Source: Podarcis vaucheri (Eukaryota). Taken from it: 64,000 nt of DNA. Positions 13,701 to 27,900 of this stretch are shown in pieces. The stretch lies in assembly GCA_965113315.1 (NCBI GenBank), contig OZ220370.1. The stretch is one strand, 5' to 3'. The number at the start of each line of letters is the position of its first letter. The stretch's first letter is position 1. The notes under the pieces are model-generated. The model had not been told where the DNA came from. It saw only the letters and a program-made list of their open reading frames with translations, and made no database searches. The translations under genes and the position numbers were made by a program.

Positions 13701-15137
13701 CTCATTATGAAAGAAGTAAACTAATCAGTTCTGGCATATTTATCCAAGATATGTGAATCTCAAAATACAAACCAGGAGGATGACAGAAAGAATAGTAAGC
13801 ACAGCATAGTTGAGCTAGGAGCAGATGAGTTGGCACAGAGATCTTTTGATGGACAGGAATCAGAAAACGGAGCAGGGATTGATAGCTTTTTCCATTTCAT
13901 TTTCCATCTTTTCCCCATGGTTACATGTTCTGCTCAGGCTCTCTTCCGTTATTTTCCATTTAAAATTTATATAATGTGTTTTCCTCATGCAGCTATCAGT
14001 TGCTACAATTCCAAGTAAACCTTTTTTTCTTTTATTGATGCATGTCATCACATCTAGATTCTTTTCTTCATTTTTGATGGGTGCTTGAATGTGCATCAGT
14101 GTGTGGATGCCAGTTTTCTTCACCGCTGCTTTTAATGGTGTGTGCATTTGTACGCTGCCTGCAAGAGGGAAAAGGAGAAGTCTTTCCCTTCAGTAAAGCC
14201 CAATGAATGAGGTGAAATTGACATTACTTTCGTCAGTTTCATTTCTTGCTTTTGCCTCTAATAACCTCAGAAAATTCTGATGTTTCAGCTCTGCGCCTAT
14301 TTACTCAGTAGAATATCAGCTTAAAACAATGAGATGATTTCACAAGCATCCATTATGTACCGGTAATTAAAATAAAAATCTAGCCATTCTTACCATTCAC
14401 TAGCAAAATCTAAACTGAATTGTCCTGTGTTTCTTTATCACATGTGCAAGGCACAAACGTCCTTAATAAAGTTGTTCCCCATTTATTACAGAAAGCTCTA
14501 TATCCTTATTTAAGGGGAAGAGATGCAGTTAGCTTTATCTGCCATGGAGATGGAAGGGAAAATTCACCTGCTAAATGTGTACATATCAGGACACTGTTAC
14601 ACATTTAGAAATCTTGTCATAATATGTTGGCATCCCTAAATCTCAGGCCCACTTGAAAATCACAGCCTCTGAACCATGTGCCCTCTCCCCCAATCTCAGC
14701 TGTTTGACTATTGTTGATGGGTTTCTTTAAAAAGGCATTTTGTACATGTTTAAATACATTCTTGTCTTTGCTGTACACCCACCCCCACAGTCTCTATTCT
14801 GAGTTGACCCACACAGGTGAATTGGTAAAACTTTATTGCGCTACAGCAGAGGTGGGGAAACTTTTCTGGCCTGTGGGGCTGGTCTTTATTTCCCCACCCT
14901 AGAGGACTGCAGCTGACAGGTGGGCAGTTAATCACCTGACATCCCTATGACATCAGGTGATTCTGTACTTTGAAGCCCTGGCTGTTGGGACTTCAAAGCA
15001 CAACAAAGGGCTGTTTGAGAGACCTTTTGCAAACAGGCCCACACCGTTCTTCAAACTTCTGATGTCAGGTGTAAGGCAGAGAGATGTGGCTTGCCCATAA
15101 ATGCATCACAAGCCACGATTGGCTAGAGAACAGTAAA

Positions 15138-15334
15138 CAGTGGTACCTTGGGTTACATGTGCTTCAGGTTACAGACTCCGCTAACTCAGAAATAGTACCT
15201 TGGGTTAAGAACTTTGCTTAACCCAGCAGCAGCAGGGGGCCCCATTAGCTAAAGTGGTGCTTCAGGTTAAGAACAGTTTCAGGTTAAGAATGGACCTCTG
15301 AAATGAATTAAGTTCTTAACCCGAGGTACCACTG
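15138..15334. mobile_element. Tc1/mariner-superfamily (Tigger/pogo-like) MITE
   Basis: TIRs CAGTGGTACCT(T/C)GGGTTA...TAACCCGAGGTACCACTG followed by TA, with internal (c)ttcaggttaag repeats. Confidence 0.85.
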
Positions 15335-16567
15335 TAAAGGGGAAATTTATATTTTTAAAAAAACTTTAAAAATTAACTATGCACTATCAGCAGCTATAGG
15401 ACATTTTGTATCCCACTCTTTCTCCATGGAACAGAAAGCCACACATTATCTTAACAGTACCCTTGATATGAGACCATGACTGGCAACTTAAGGCCATGCA
15501 GTGAGCTTGAAGGCTAATTACATTTAGGAACAAAGCTCCAAGCAGACTCCAAGGATTCAGTGAAATCCCCAGGTGGATTAAATGTGATTTAAATTAGATG
15601 CAGGGAAATGCAAACATATCCCAATGGAGTTGTTCAACTCAGAGGAAATCATTCAGTGTACAATTGGGTCTAAAGGGCAAAGAATCCTGGTGGCGGGTTA
15701 TGCAAAGAAGCAAGATGTTGAAGTGTGTTTGTATTTGAAGGCGAGGTCCCTAATTGCGTAGGTTGTTGCTCAAGAATCAGAGTAATGAGGATACCCTCCT
15801 TTTCAATTGTGGAAGAGAATGACAACATTTCCCCAAGTACCTTTAAATCTGGATGCATCACTTGTAAATGATAATTCCACATAGACGGTGGAGGGAAAGC
15901 ACTCTTAGTTATATGTGCATGCCACTCAGTGCAGTTTCCTTCATTTAGTTTATAGAACCAGCAAATTGCAACTACAACAACAACAGCAACAAAACTAATT
16001 ACACCACCACTTGTGGAAAATAGCCTAAGACTGTTTGGAGGGCCTAGATTCCTCAGGCAGGATGCCTCAAAACCTCTGACGGGCCTAGATTCAAGAGCCT
16101 GCAGCCCTTATGACAGATAACATACATTCACTGCTAAAGGAAAAGCAGAAAAGTCCAATAATTTGAGAACTGTTTGAATGCATTTGATTTATTTTCTTTA
16201 TCCGAAGCCTTGCCCAAAAGAAATTGTAATGTTTTTCAGCAGAGTAAAGAAATTGTTGGTGTATATTTCTGTGCATGAATACACAAAATATATGACACAC
16301 TTCTGAGGCATTTTAAGACTGGTAACTTTGGGAACTATTCAGAAATTGGACACTGGCACCTGTGAATCCTTGTAGCCAAACTGTGCTCTGCTACTTGGCG
16401 TGAAAACTCTAAAACATTCTTTTATTTCAAATCCATTTAAATGCTGAGACTAATGTGGGCTGAATAGAAATTACATGGCACTTTTTTCTGCATCTAACAT
16501 GTGGGTCTGTACTGTAAGAAATATTAATTGATGTATGCAAGATTATATAACTCCAGGTTTTCATCAG

Positions 16568-16720
16568 GACAGTGATCTACTGGATCGTCGAAAACACTGC
16601 TTTGGTGTCCAATCTGAAATGGGAGAGGATCTCTACTTTTCTGTGGAATTAGAATGTGACCTCATATTATGGGAAAAGGCCTTCCAATCAGCAACTTTTT
16701 TAGAAGTGGAACGAATACAG
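16568..16720 (+). CDS. SNTG1: Gamma-1-syntrophin internal coding exon (DSDLLDRRKHCFGVQSEMGEDLYFSVELECDLILWEKAFQSATFLEVERIQ)
   Basis: Acceptor tttcatcag|GAC, donor CAG|gtaaga, 153 bp, phase 0. Lies inside ORF 16535..16825 and matches the end of the SNTG1 PH domain. Confidence 0.96.
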
Positions 16721-16780
16721 GTAAGAAACATGCCAAATTCATTTTTGGTTATTATTATGCAATATATTTTATGTGATAGT

Positions 16781-16922
16781 CAGTGCTTTTTTCTGGGGGT
16801 ATGCATACCCCTAAACATTTTGTGAATCTTAGTTTGGTCTCATTGAGGGGCAGTATTTCTATATGAGTAGGAAAATGAGAACCCCTAAACATTTTTCTTT
16901 TTTTTAAAAAAAAAAAGCACTG
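16781..16922. mobile_element. hAT-type MITE, same family as 5778-5926
   Basis: TIRs CAGTGCTTTTTT...AAAAAAGCACTG, perfect 8-bp TSD gtgatagt, and shared internal cccctaaacattttgtgaatct..gtttgg..tcattgaggggcagt. Confidence 0.9.
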
Positions 16923-17543
16923 GTGATAGTGATAGTTATTACCAAAGGCTTTTGGGGGTGGGGGGGAGGTTTGGAATATTTAATGGGAAAAAGAGTTAAT
17001 GATATACTACAAAGGGAAAAAAATCTCATTTAAAAGCAAAACAAGATAGGGTTCTGTATACACTTTTAGTTTTTGAAACCCAAACACTGAAAGTACTAAT
17101 GGTTGTTTGATATGTTCTTGGCCAAACCAAAATGGTGGTTCAGCAGCTAGAAGCATTGAGTTGTAGGCTTCTGTTATTTTGCTTATTTTCTTAGCTTTCA
17201 CTTAGAAAATGAAAAAAGATCTGCTTATGAGATAAGGATAAACAATGGTGTGGCAGTAGGGTGCATCCCAATAGTGGGCTAGAAGCTTGAATCTGGGATA
17301 CTTGGGCCCAGATTATCCATGAAGCTTGTTACATGGCCTTGGGCTAGTCACTATCAGCATAGCGGTTCTGATCTCATGGTAGAATTTATTCAAGAGGACG
17401 AGAAATTGGAATTTTATGGGATGGTAAAGGAGAGACCAGGACTAGGTAACATACATCTCACTGTCAACCAGAATGTTGTTGGCTTGAGTCCACTCAGAGA
17501 CAACTGTGGGAAAGATTCTTGTATTGCAGGGGTTGGGCTAGAT

Positions 17544-17679
17544 CAGGCATGGTCAAACTTGGCCCTCCAGCTGTTTTGGGACTACAACTCCCATCATCCC
17601 TAGATAACAGGACCAGCGGTCAGGGATGATGGGAACTGTAGTCCCAAAACAACTGGAGGGCCAAGTTTTGCCATGCATG
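17544..17679. mobile_element. Palindromic hAT-type MITE (URR1-like)
   Basis: CAGGCATGGTCAAACTTGGCCCTCCAG...CTGGAGGGCCAAGTTTTGCCATGCATG with a degenerate 8-bp TSD ggctagat/gactagac. Older relatives occur near 160-215, 13480-13570, 19508-19645, 30690-30805 and 46770-46900. Confidence 0.85.
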
Positions 17680-18433
17680 GACTAGACCTTTCAGCCCTAC
17701 AAGTCTATGATTCTATAAGTGCAGATGATTTCAGGGTGGCAGGAGAACTTGGGAGTCACTATGTTGTTACGTAAATATTTATAAGAATAGAACATCTATT
17801 ATTTTGTTATACTTCATCCTTTTGAAAAACATAGGATATTTGGATGGGTATCTCTTATATTACTGGGTATAGTTTACATCCATTCCTGTTCTAGCAAGTC
17901 AGCTTTCTCCCCTCTCCCCAACTTATCCAGGATCACAAATAGTGTCACGGATCACAAATAATGCACTTTTAATGCAAGTATTACGATTTTGCAATACTGA
18001 TTGATGAACAACTCCCCTCCCCTCTAACCCTGTAAACCTCTTAGCCCATTTTCAATTAATTACAATGTGTTTCAAGTTGATATGCAGCCAGTATTTGGCA
18101 GATCAATCAGATTGATTCAGTTGGCAGAGGCACAGAACTTGGTTACTATTTTGAGTTTTTACATGTACTGTACAGAATAGTGCCAAAGCTCCTTCTTTTC
18201 ACATAGAAACCTGGGAAAATCACCTAGTGTCTTGAGGACAGGGAATGCTTCTTTGTAATATAATGGGGCAACCTTTACAAAAGAAAATGCATCTTGTTAG
18301 GAAATGTATGCAGTGGTGTGTTCTACTTGTTGAATAATGGATTTGCAGATAGTGCATCTCACTCAGATCAGTAGGGTATCAGTAGGATATGCACTACAGC
18401 TTTGTTTAAATCATAGTAATAATGTACAACTAT

Positions 18434-18559
18434 TAAGGTAAAGGGACCCCTGACCATTAGGTCCAGTCGTGGCCAACTCTGGGGTTGTGGCGCTCATCTC
18501 GCTTTATTGGCCAAGGGAGCCAGCGTACAGCTTCCGGGTCATGTGGCTAGCATGACTAG
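18434..18559 (-). mobile_element. Sauria SINE 3' fragment
   Basis: aaggtaaagggacccctgaccattaggtccagtc...cttccgggtcatgtggc; reverse-similar to 38820-38948. Confidence 0.85.
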
Positions 18560-21500
18560 TTTATCCTAATTTGTACCTTTATGAACTTTTTAATAATTCG
18601 AACTTATATTTATGATTTTGTTCCAACACTGATTTTTGAAAACTGGAATTCTGGCATGAACTTAGTAGCCAAGAGTCTCTGAACCTTTTCCACTTTAGAA
18701 ATGGGCTTGGATGAGCTTTTTCCTCCATTGCATTCTCTCCCACTTTAGACATCTCCTACTAAGCTATAGTATACTTCAGGTTTTGGGGCCTGAGGAACAT
18801 AATGCTTCAGTTTCTGCTCCTGAACTAGGGCAACTGAATTATTCACAGACCCAGTTTTAAGATTCTGTACTTTTTGCACATGGTAGATTAAATATTGAGT
18901 TGCCTTTTATATGGGAAACTTTCATTCGGAATAAGTTTTTTTCATCTTTTTCAGTGTGTGAAATCAATAATCAAAAGCAAATAATTCACTCTTTTTATGG
19001 CAGGTGTAATGTTTTAACGGTTTATATTAGATCTGTACGAACTTTGACATTATGTGCTCTCTTGGCAGCATTCTTCAATTTATTCTCTCCAAGTTCGCAG
19101 CAAAGGGGATTAATTAAAATAAGCTGAAAAGCTACAGGTGAAATAAAACCTCTGATTAGGAGCCAGAGAGTGAGAGGCTAGAGACTGACCCTTTACCACT
19201 CTAACCTGTGGTGCACATTAATATCTCTTTACCAATTTGTGGCAGCTGCTCAAAGCCCGTTATAATATTTCACCTTTCAATATTTCCTGCTAGGAGTTGT
19301 GCTTGTTACTCATAGCTTTGTAGCTGGGAGAGTGGGGAGGGGAAGACTGATCCTTAGGTGAAGTGATTGATGGAGCAAATCTAACACTTGCACAGGTATT
19401 GAACTGCTAAATTAGAACACTAAGGTGGATGGCCAGTGCGTTTAGAACAGAACTTTCCTTCAGTCTAAAGTTACTTCCTCATGCTTACCTGCCACACAGG
19501 TTAAAGCAGGTGTGGGGAACCTCTGGCTCACCACGTGTTGAAAATGGCAGTTTCCATCAGCCCCAGCCAGCATGGCTGATGGTCAGGGATTATGAGAGTT
19601 GTAGCTCAACGTCATCCAGAGGGCCACAGGCTCCTCACACCTGTGCTTTAAAGTAACCCACATCACTTGTTCAACACAAGGTGCCACTGCAGTCCTTTAC
19701 ATAAAGAAGTTACTTTGCCCAGAAATTTGAGATAGGGGTACGTTTATGAATGTGTGTAACAGTGAGCATTCAAACCCTAAAGTAAGGTATCGGAGGGACT
19801 GAAAAGAATTATGAGGCTCTGTTTCCAGCACAATGATTCTGTGTTTTAATCATTTTTGTAACTGAAAGATACGACAAAAGGAAGCAATTGTGGGTGTTTT
19901 TTTTGCAAGTTAATAAAATTAAACATTTATGCCCATAACATTTATTACTACATAATATACTGAATATTAATAAAACTTACATGAAGTTGGTAAGCTTTAA
20001 CAAGCAGTTGAGTCACAAATATGGCTGCTTATGAGGCTTTCCATTGATTACTTCGTTTTTTATTTTTCTCTGTGGAATGATTTGTTTCACCCACAAAATC
20101 AAAAATCATTTATTTTGTCCTATTACTTTTACTGGATGTTTTATGTACTAGTTTTTGCTAATCATTTTAAGCCCAGTATTTAATTTTATTTCTCTTACAA
20201 TAAACATTTTCTGGAAATCTTACAAAAAAAAAAAGAGGCAGCTTCTGCATCTATGTACTCTGCTCTAAATTTTCCAACTTTGATAGGACTAATAATAATT
20301 AACTGGATGCAGGAATGCAGTTGTTATTGTTTTAGTTGAGTGCAATTCACATATACACAAATGTGTAACAGTGTATGCGAAGTTTGATTCCAATGGCAGA
20401 CTTCAATTTCTCTGGAATGCATTCAGCGGCTAGGAATCAAAGTTCCCTGCACATGAATATGAAAGGTGCTTCTACATATTGGGGGTGGGGGGAGCAATGA
20501 TTCCTAGCAGCCGTCCCTCACATACTGTTTCACCTCAGGAAGCCTTGTTCCACACTCAGTAAGCATGGGATGCCTTTGCCCAGCAGCGCTGGGGCCCATA
20601 GACTGCAGCAAAATGCCCTTGCAAAGGGGAGAGGAAAGCCTTCCACTTGGCGCCCGCCCACCCTCTGGTTAGAACCTTCACTGAGCAATTTTGAGTAGCT
20701 GGTTGACAGGGCCGGAAATAATTTTTTTCACTCAACCTGATTGGCACTTCCCTCTCACCTTTCCCCCAGTGAAATTATGGTCTTCCTTTGTTAGGCGGAA
20801 CAACATTGTTTGTTGAGGGCAGAAATGGCATTGGGCAGGATCCACCTAGGATGGGAGAGCTCATAAGGGGCCTGAGGGGACATTTGACCATGGCACCTCC
20901 AAGCTTGGGTTGAGTTGCCTGGTTGGAATCTTCACCCTGGTCACCCAGGGAGACCTTGCTTGCTTGGCTTGCACTATACAAAGTTCAGCACTGGCTGACT
21001 CCCATGAAATGGGTTTGGGGTGGTCCAAACCCAGGAGACCCGTTCCATCATGGAATGATTACATGATCCAGGCCCCAATGCCATGCCAACCCTTACCCTG
21101 CCTGTTGCTGTCAATAAAGATTTTATTCCATCACTGTTCTACGGTCTGGTTATTTTGCTGCTCTGATGGGTCACATATTGTGCCTGCCTGGGCCTTACCT
21201 TTTGAGGGGAGGAACAAGTGTCTGTTGTGGCAGGAAATAATGAAATCCCATTGATCAATTCTTCAGATCCATGCCAGTATTTATACTTTGTTGAGCCATG
21301 CCATATTCACCTGTGGAACACATGGCTCCAACATCTGAGCTATATCCAATTGTTTACCATGCTATATAGAAAATATGTCCCAGTGGTTTGAATTATAAAT
21401 GGTACTTTTTGAGGACTGCTCTGGCAATGGCAGCTGAGAAATGATTTATACTATCCATTTGCTAGCAGAGCTTTTCTAGAATGGACTCTTGCTCTTCTCA

Positions 21501-23784
21501 TTCCATCTCCCTCTCTCCCCCCCCCCCCGATTTTCCTTGCTTCCCACCAAATATTTGTGGTTGCCATGGGAGATAATAAAGTCATAATCTAAAGTCAACA
21601 GCCCTGGAGGTGAATGCAGAATCAAGAAAGCCTGTCTCCTCAGCTGGCTACGGGCCAAATTTCTGTGGCTCTTCTTCCATTCAATCCTACCTTTCCCCCT
21701 TTTTCCACCACCTATTTGAGATGGGACAATTCCTTTAACATCTGAAGATATCACACTTTAGTTTGTCTTATTTTTATGCCTTTGCCAACATCTAAACATG
21801 GGCTGCCTAGAATTGCTTGAAAAAGCTGTCCCTTATCTCAAAAGACCACACAAAGGAGGTGCATATTGAATGGCACTTGTTTCAAAACACTGCTGTTCCA
21901 AAGAGCTCTAGTAACCCTTTTGGTTTGATAAGGGAATTAGACACCTGACACATAGTTTGCAACCTGCATATGTTTACAAAATGATCACTTTTAAAGATGT
22001 GGAAGTATAGCATATAAGTAGTGCAATGAATACTTATCTCAGTGTCCCAACTAACTGGTTATTCTTGGTGCTTTCTATTCTGTTCCAAATATGGGAATGT
22101 GCCTGGGCTCTTTACAGGGACCTTCTAGGAAACTTTGGAAGACTGACAGCATTGGATTTGCCCCTCTCATCCCTGTGAACTTATTTGTGATCTCTCTATG
22201 GGCTAAGAATCTAGAGTCAGCCCTTCAGGCTCCCTTCTTTTCTTGTTGTGCAAAAAGCAGTGGCACGAAGAGACATCTCTCACTCTATGCTCCCCCTCTC
22301 CACTCTTTATTCCCCCCCCCCTTGAATTTTGCCCTGATGCTGAGTAGGGCTATCTTCAAAAAGTGTAGCAACTGTGTGAGTAAAGTTCTTGATCTTTGCA
22401 GTCACTGCCTCACATGCCTCAAAGAGGCTGACATCATTAAAATGTGAAAGTTTTTTGCAGAAGTCTTGCAGAAAGTGCTCAGGAAACAAATTGTTGCCAC
22501 CATGGACATTTCTCCCAAAGGCCATGCAGTAATTTATACTATGCAGGGGTGTAAAGGAAGGGATACAGCATACCCAGTCTTCCAGAGCTTTCTAAAAAGT
22601 TCCACCAGTGGGTTGTGCAGGTGCTTTTCCATATCTGTGACTGCATTTACAGGTGAGCCACTTTAGGTTTTGATGTTATTTGTTTGTTTATTGGAATCAT
22701 GTTAGTTACGAATTATATGATTTGAGAAATTTGGGAGGGGGGCTACTGTTGGCAGAAAACAGAAATCTGAATTTAAATTGATAGGAATCACTTTGCAATG
22801 GACAACTTAATTAGCGATCAAATTATTTCTGCTTGGCAGTTTCTGTTTAAACATTTATTTTGTATAAAAAGTCCATAAGTCATTGTTCTTCTAGCTCTAA
22901 AGTATGGATTTCATCAGTCTCAGAAGGATTTCAAGAGATTTGTCTCTGACTTTAATGTGAAAAGGTAGCATCTTTCATAAGCACTTCTGTGATGAGTAGC
23001 TTGGCCTTTTCAAGCTCTGCTGTGCACTTCACATCTTGACAATGATGTTCTGATCAGAAAAATACCTAATTTGCGCTGAGCGGCACGAGCTTGGCATTAG
23101 GAACCAGAAGCCAACTATCAAACAAGGAGCTCAGTAGGAGAATGTAATTTGTTGTAAACTGAAACTCAGTGTTGAACAGTTTCATTTTATCAATGCAAAC
23201 CAAAATGTCAGACTGCATTGGGGGGGTTGGAGAGATAAGAAACTAAAAATAAAGGGAGTTCTTCCGATTTCCTTCAATGTTAGAAGTGCTGTATTAGCAA
23301 CTTGCTGGCAATGGAAGTTTGGTCGTTTGCCCTTATCAACACATTTCCTGACATAAATTATTTGAAAATGAATTTTTTTGGGGGGAGTGTCAACTATATT
23401 ACAAATCATAAAAACAGATAAATGCAGGTCTATCAAATAGTTAGATCAAAGTTCACGAGAGCCTCACTGGAAAATTCAGGGAACCTAAGAGTCTTCTTAT
23501 TCCTTGTCTTCTTTCATGAGCTATTACATCAACAGCAAATACCTAGTCATTATATATTTTGTTTGCATACTCCCTTCCAATGAAATATGTTTATCTTGCA
23601 TTAAAGTAATGGGACATAAAAGCTGCATATAAAAGTGCCTCTTTATTTACCAAAGGTGCATGTGTCCCCCATCATATGTGAGCAGATGTATTCCATGTGT
23701 GATCAGAAATTAGGAGGTGATGCATTTCACTCTCAATTACTTCATTTACATTGAGAAATTGGCAAAGACAGTTGAATTCCAAGA

Positions 23785-24036
23785 CAGTGGTACCTTGGTT
23801 TACAAACTTAATCTGTTCCAGAAGTCCGTTCTTAAACCAAAGTGTTCTTAAACCAAGGTGTGCTTTCCCATAGCAGCGGGAGACTCAATTTACAAATGGA
23901 ACACACTCAACAGGAAGCGAAACATGTTCTTATTCCAAGGCAACGTTCACAAACCAAAACACCTACTTCCAGGTTTGCAGCTTTCTTAATCCAAGTTGTT
24001 AATAAACAAAGCTGTTCTTAAACCAAGGTACCACTG
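23785..24036. mobile_element. Tigger/pogo-like MITE
   Basis: TIRs CAGTGGTACCTTGGTTTA...TAAACCAAGGTACCACTG followed by TA. Confidence 0.85.
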
Positions 24037-24409
24037 TATTTACTTACCACTATGCTAAATTGTAGCCAGGGGTGGCACATCCTGCTTCACCACTTGAGGC
24101 AAAATGGGAAATGCTGTGTTCCACTACTGCTGCTGCCACCACTCCTACAACCCCCTGCCTGTTTCTGCCGCTGCACACTCAGCCCCTATGTGTTTTCCAT
24201 GTAGGTAGAGGTAGAAGCTCTCTTTCATGGAATGCAAATAGCCAGTTGATTGAATGGCTAAGGGTTTGTGTTATTTGCAAAGATGTATTTTGATCTTGCC
24301 AGGGCTAATTAGTAACTAAACAGGTATTTCCCCTTAGCTATAATTTTTCAAAATACATGTACTCAACTGAAGCGCTATCTAAGATGCTGTCTTTTTCAAT
24401 CTTTCCTAG

Positions 24410-24502
24410 TGCAAGACATATGCCTGTGTTCTGGAGAGTCATCTTATGGGGCTTACCATAGACTTTGGCATGGGTTTCGTATGCTTTGATGCTGCAACAA
24501 AG
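24410..24502 (+). CDS. SNTG1: Gamma-1-syntrophin internal coding exon (CKTYACVLESHLMGLTIDFGMGFVCFDAATK)
   Basis: Acceptor ctttcctag|TGC, donor AAG|gtaagg, 93 bp, phase 0. Matches recalled SNTG1 CKTYACVLESHLMGLTIDFSTGFICFDAATK. Confidence 0.96.
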
Positions 24503-24649
24503 GTAAGGCCATGAGAAGATGTTTACATGCTGCTAATGATTCATTACCAATAATTATCTTTTCAATTGAGAGTTGAGCCATTGTTTGAAGTCTGTCACTA
24601 TGCTGTATTTGCCTCCCCCCCCCCATATGAACCAACCTGGACCCTGTGA

Positions 24650-24965
24650 TCATAATCTGAGGCTCTCCATGAGAGGTCCTGAGGGTGGCAACACAAGAAA
24701 GGGCCTTATCTGCAGTGGCTCCCCGCTTGTGGAATGCTCTCCCCAGGGAGGCTTGCCTGGCACATTCGTTGCATATCTTTAAGTGCCAGGCAAAAACATC
24801 CCTCTTCTCCCAGATTTTAGGCTAATTAAAGAATCTATGGCATTTAAAACTTGGGGATATTGTTTTTGTATACATACTATGGTATGTATTTTTCTGTTTT
24901 TATATTGTAAAGCACCCTGTGATTGTCAGATGAAGGGTAGTATAGAAATTTAATAAATAATAATT
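24650..24965 (+). mobile_element. Old L2-like 3' fragment
   Basis: gggccttatctgcagtggctccccgcttgtggaatgctctcccc..., ending in a tatagaaatttaataaataataa tail. Confidence 0.6.
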
Positions 24966-27900
24966 TTATCCTATCACATTCTCAATATGCTTTTTAAAAA
25001 TAGTTTCTGCAGGACTTATTTCTGTAGAATGTTATTGAGATGGAATGCATGAATTGATCCTTTTATACACTCCCTGCTCTTCTACTTGTTCCATCTCCTT
25101 TCCTTTTCTCTCCCCCTTCTCCATGAACATCATAAAGCACACAATTCAAAAGCTCTAAAGAGACAAACTTCTAGAGATATGGCCAAAGTTCACATGAAGT
25201 TTGGCATTCAGTATGGCTTTCCATTTGAAGAGAAGCATTGCATCTCTGGAATTCTTTTCCAGTTCAGTTTTTTTCTAATTCGGTTCAGAGATGAACTCCT
25301 TCTTTACCTAATCTCTCTTACCTGGTAGCAGGTGCTGCTGCTTTGGTGGCAGAGAATGTGTGAAGACATCTTTCCTTGCCTCACCCTCCTTCACACAGCT
25401 ACAATCCTGATGCCAGGAGCTTGGGGAAATATAAACCCTTCATACTGTTACCACAAGAGCAGAAAGTGCTGCCACTGGGCAAGGGGATTTGGGTGCTTAT
25501 GAGAAGTGGGGAGGGGGGAGCATTAAGCACTGCACTCACACTGATGCCATTGGGAGAATGACTGAGTCCATTCTTGCTTTTAACTGGTTCAGAATAAACT
25601 CAGCCAGTTTTCCAGTCTCAAGGAGGAAGGGGAGAAACTCATTTTGACAAGCCAAATTATAAATGTAATCCGTGCAAACTTGCCCATTGCTACAAATTTC
25701 TTAAACAGACGAGAAAAGGGACTGAAGCTTTTAGCATGCAGACAATATGCTTTTGAATCATAGTCCTTCATTCCGTGGGTCTGATTGAGGGAGCCAGAAG
25801 CAGAGAATGGGGTTTTGGTTGTGTTCCTGACGTTTCCCCCGCCATAGTAAGAGCTCTGACAGTGCTGATAACCTATAATGCATTCAAAAAAGAGAGAAAA
25901 AGTTGCCTGTGCCAGCTTCTGTTTCCTACTCCTGCTCACAACAAATGATATGGAGTGAAATAGGTTTCTACTTGCAGATTGTTTTCTCTGGATCAGGGTG
26001 ATTGTTTTATTATCTAGATGTTAATAGAAAAATCACAATCCACATTGGTCAAATGTCAAGATTGTACTTTCTCTATGAGAGTCATGAAAAACAAAGCACA
26101 GTTTGTTTTTCTTCTTCCATGGTGCTACTTTCCTCTAAAATCTCTTTCAACACCGTTTCCTCTGATAGAATCCATCAGATAGGAAACTGCACTAACAAAA
26201 CTATTAACATAGTTATGGCTTCGGATTTATATTTTCAGAACAGAAGAAACCACATACAGATATCTTAATCAACATATCCAGCTGGCAACAGTGTCAGAAT
26301 AAGAGAAATGTCAGCTGCCTTCCAGACAGAAACCATTAGAATCAGCCTCAGTCCTTGTAATATTTTCTCTAGCCTTATAAAATCCTACTTTGCTCATTCA
26401 CCTGAAGCAAGTAATTTGCTTTGACAGGCCACTGACATACTATCAGCTTTTACATTATCATGATTACCACAAGCCTGATCTATACTTCACTGAAGTCAGT
26501 GGGTGCCTTTCCATTGATTTCTCCCCCCACCCCACTGCCAAAATATACCCTAAGCCTCCTCAAAGAACACTGCAGATTATTTTCCCAAGGTATTTACTTG
26601 ACTAGAAGAATAAATTTGGTTTGGAACCTATCACATACCCCCATCCATATTCTCTTTGTGCACATTACTGTGTTTTTATTATTAAGAGCTGGACCAAATT
26701 TCTGACAGCTTCAATTTTCATGTCAAAAATTGCACTTCTGGTCAATCAGGGCCTTTACTGATCAGCTAAGCAATGTGCAGGAAAATTGTGAGAGTTTCTG
26801 CATGTATCATACATATCAGTACACAAATCACTGCTCGGCGGTGTTGAAAAGTCCCTGATCTGGCCCACAAGAAAATGCCAGAAGGGTTTTGAGATCTCTG
26901 AGCTTTTCTCACCAAACTTTGAGAGAGCCTCTGACTCAACTGAGTGAATCCATTTCTTGAGGACATGGTGAGGTGGGGGCTGTCACCAGTCACATGAATT
27001 GTAGGAGAAGGCTTGCCCACAGAAAGCAGATAAAGGGACTAAGCCCAAGATTTTGGTCCAATTAGGAAGCTTCCTTGAGGTTGGTGACACAAGCATAGGA
27101 ATTCAACAGCTTTATTCTGACATTCTATTCCCTGCTAACAATAATACAAGAGGAGGAACTGGGAGCTTGTACTATGAAGGTTCCTACCTCACAGCAATGG
27201 TATTTTTCAGTAGAAAGCTACTGCTACCCAATATTATTGATCTTTACAATTTATTACTTGTGGCAGCAACACTCATAACAGCATATCATAATCTAGCCTG
27301 GTATTTTTATTTTTTTGAGAAACTCAAAAAGCCTTTTCGTTATCTTTGAAATTCATGAGTGAAGACAAAGTCCTACTGCTGCTTTTCCTTTTCTGATGCC
27401 AGAAAAGCTGAATAATTCAAACTTGAGATCCTTACCCTTTTATCTCTCCTGCCACTCATCAAAAACTGGGGGGGGGGGTTGGGGTGATGAGTGATGGCCT
27501 TTGGGTTTCAAAGCCTTTGTAGTTCTTGATTATTATTACTTCACTTTTCTATAGCAAACAACGTCTAAAGTAGCTAGCAAGAAGTGTAAACACAAAGCAT
27601 ACAAATATTAAAATTACACAAAGCACAAATTAATTATTCTTTACTGAGCATCCTTTAGATTTGTTATGGATTGAATACAGAGGCTAGGATCAATTCCTGT
27701 GGCTCAGGCAGGCAAACAAGCCAAAGCTGGTTAAAAAGTGCAGGCGGAATCCCGGAGCATATCCCGCTGTACATACCTTGGAAGAAAAAGCATCTTCATC
27801 CAGAAGAGATTGGATAGTCAGCTTCAAATTCATAGAGCCTTTAACAGCATTTCCATCTTATCTGGATGAAGTATCAAGTTGTTCACCCCCCCACCAATTC

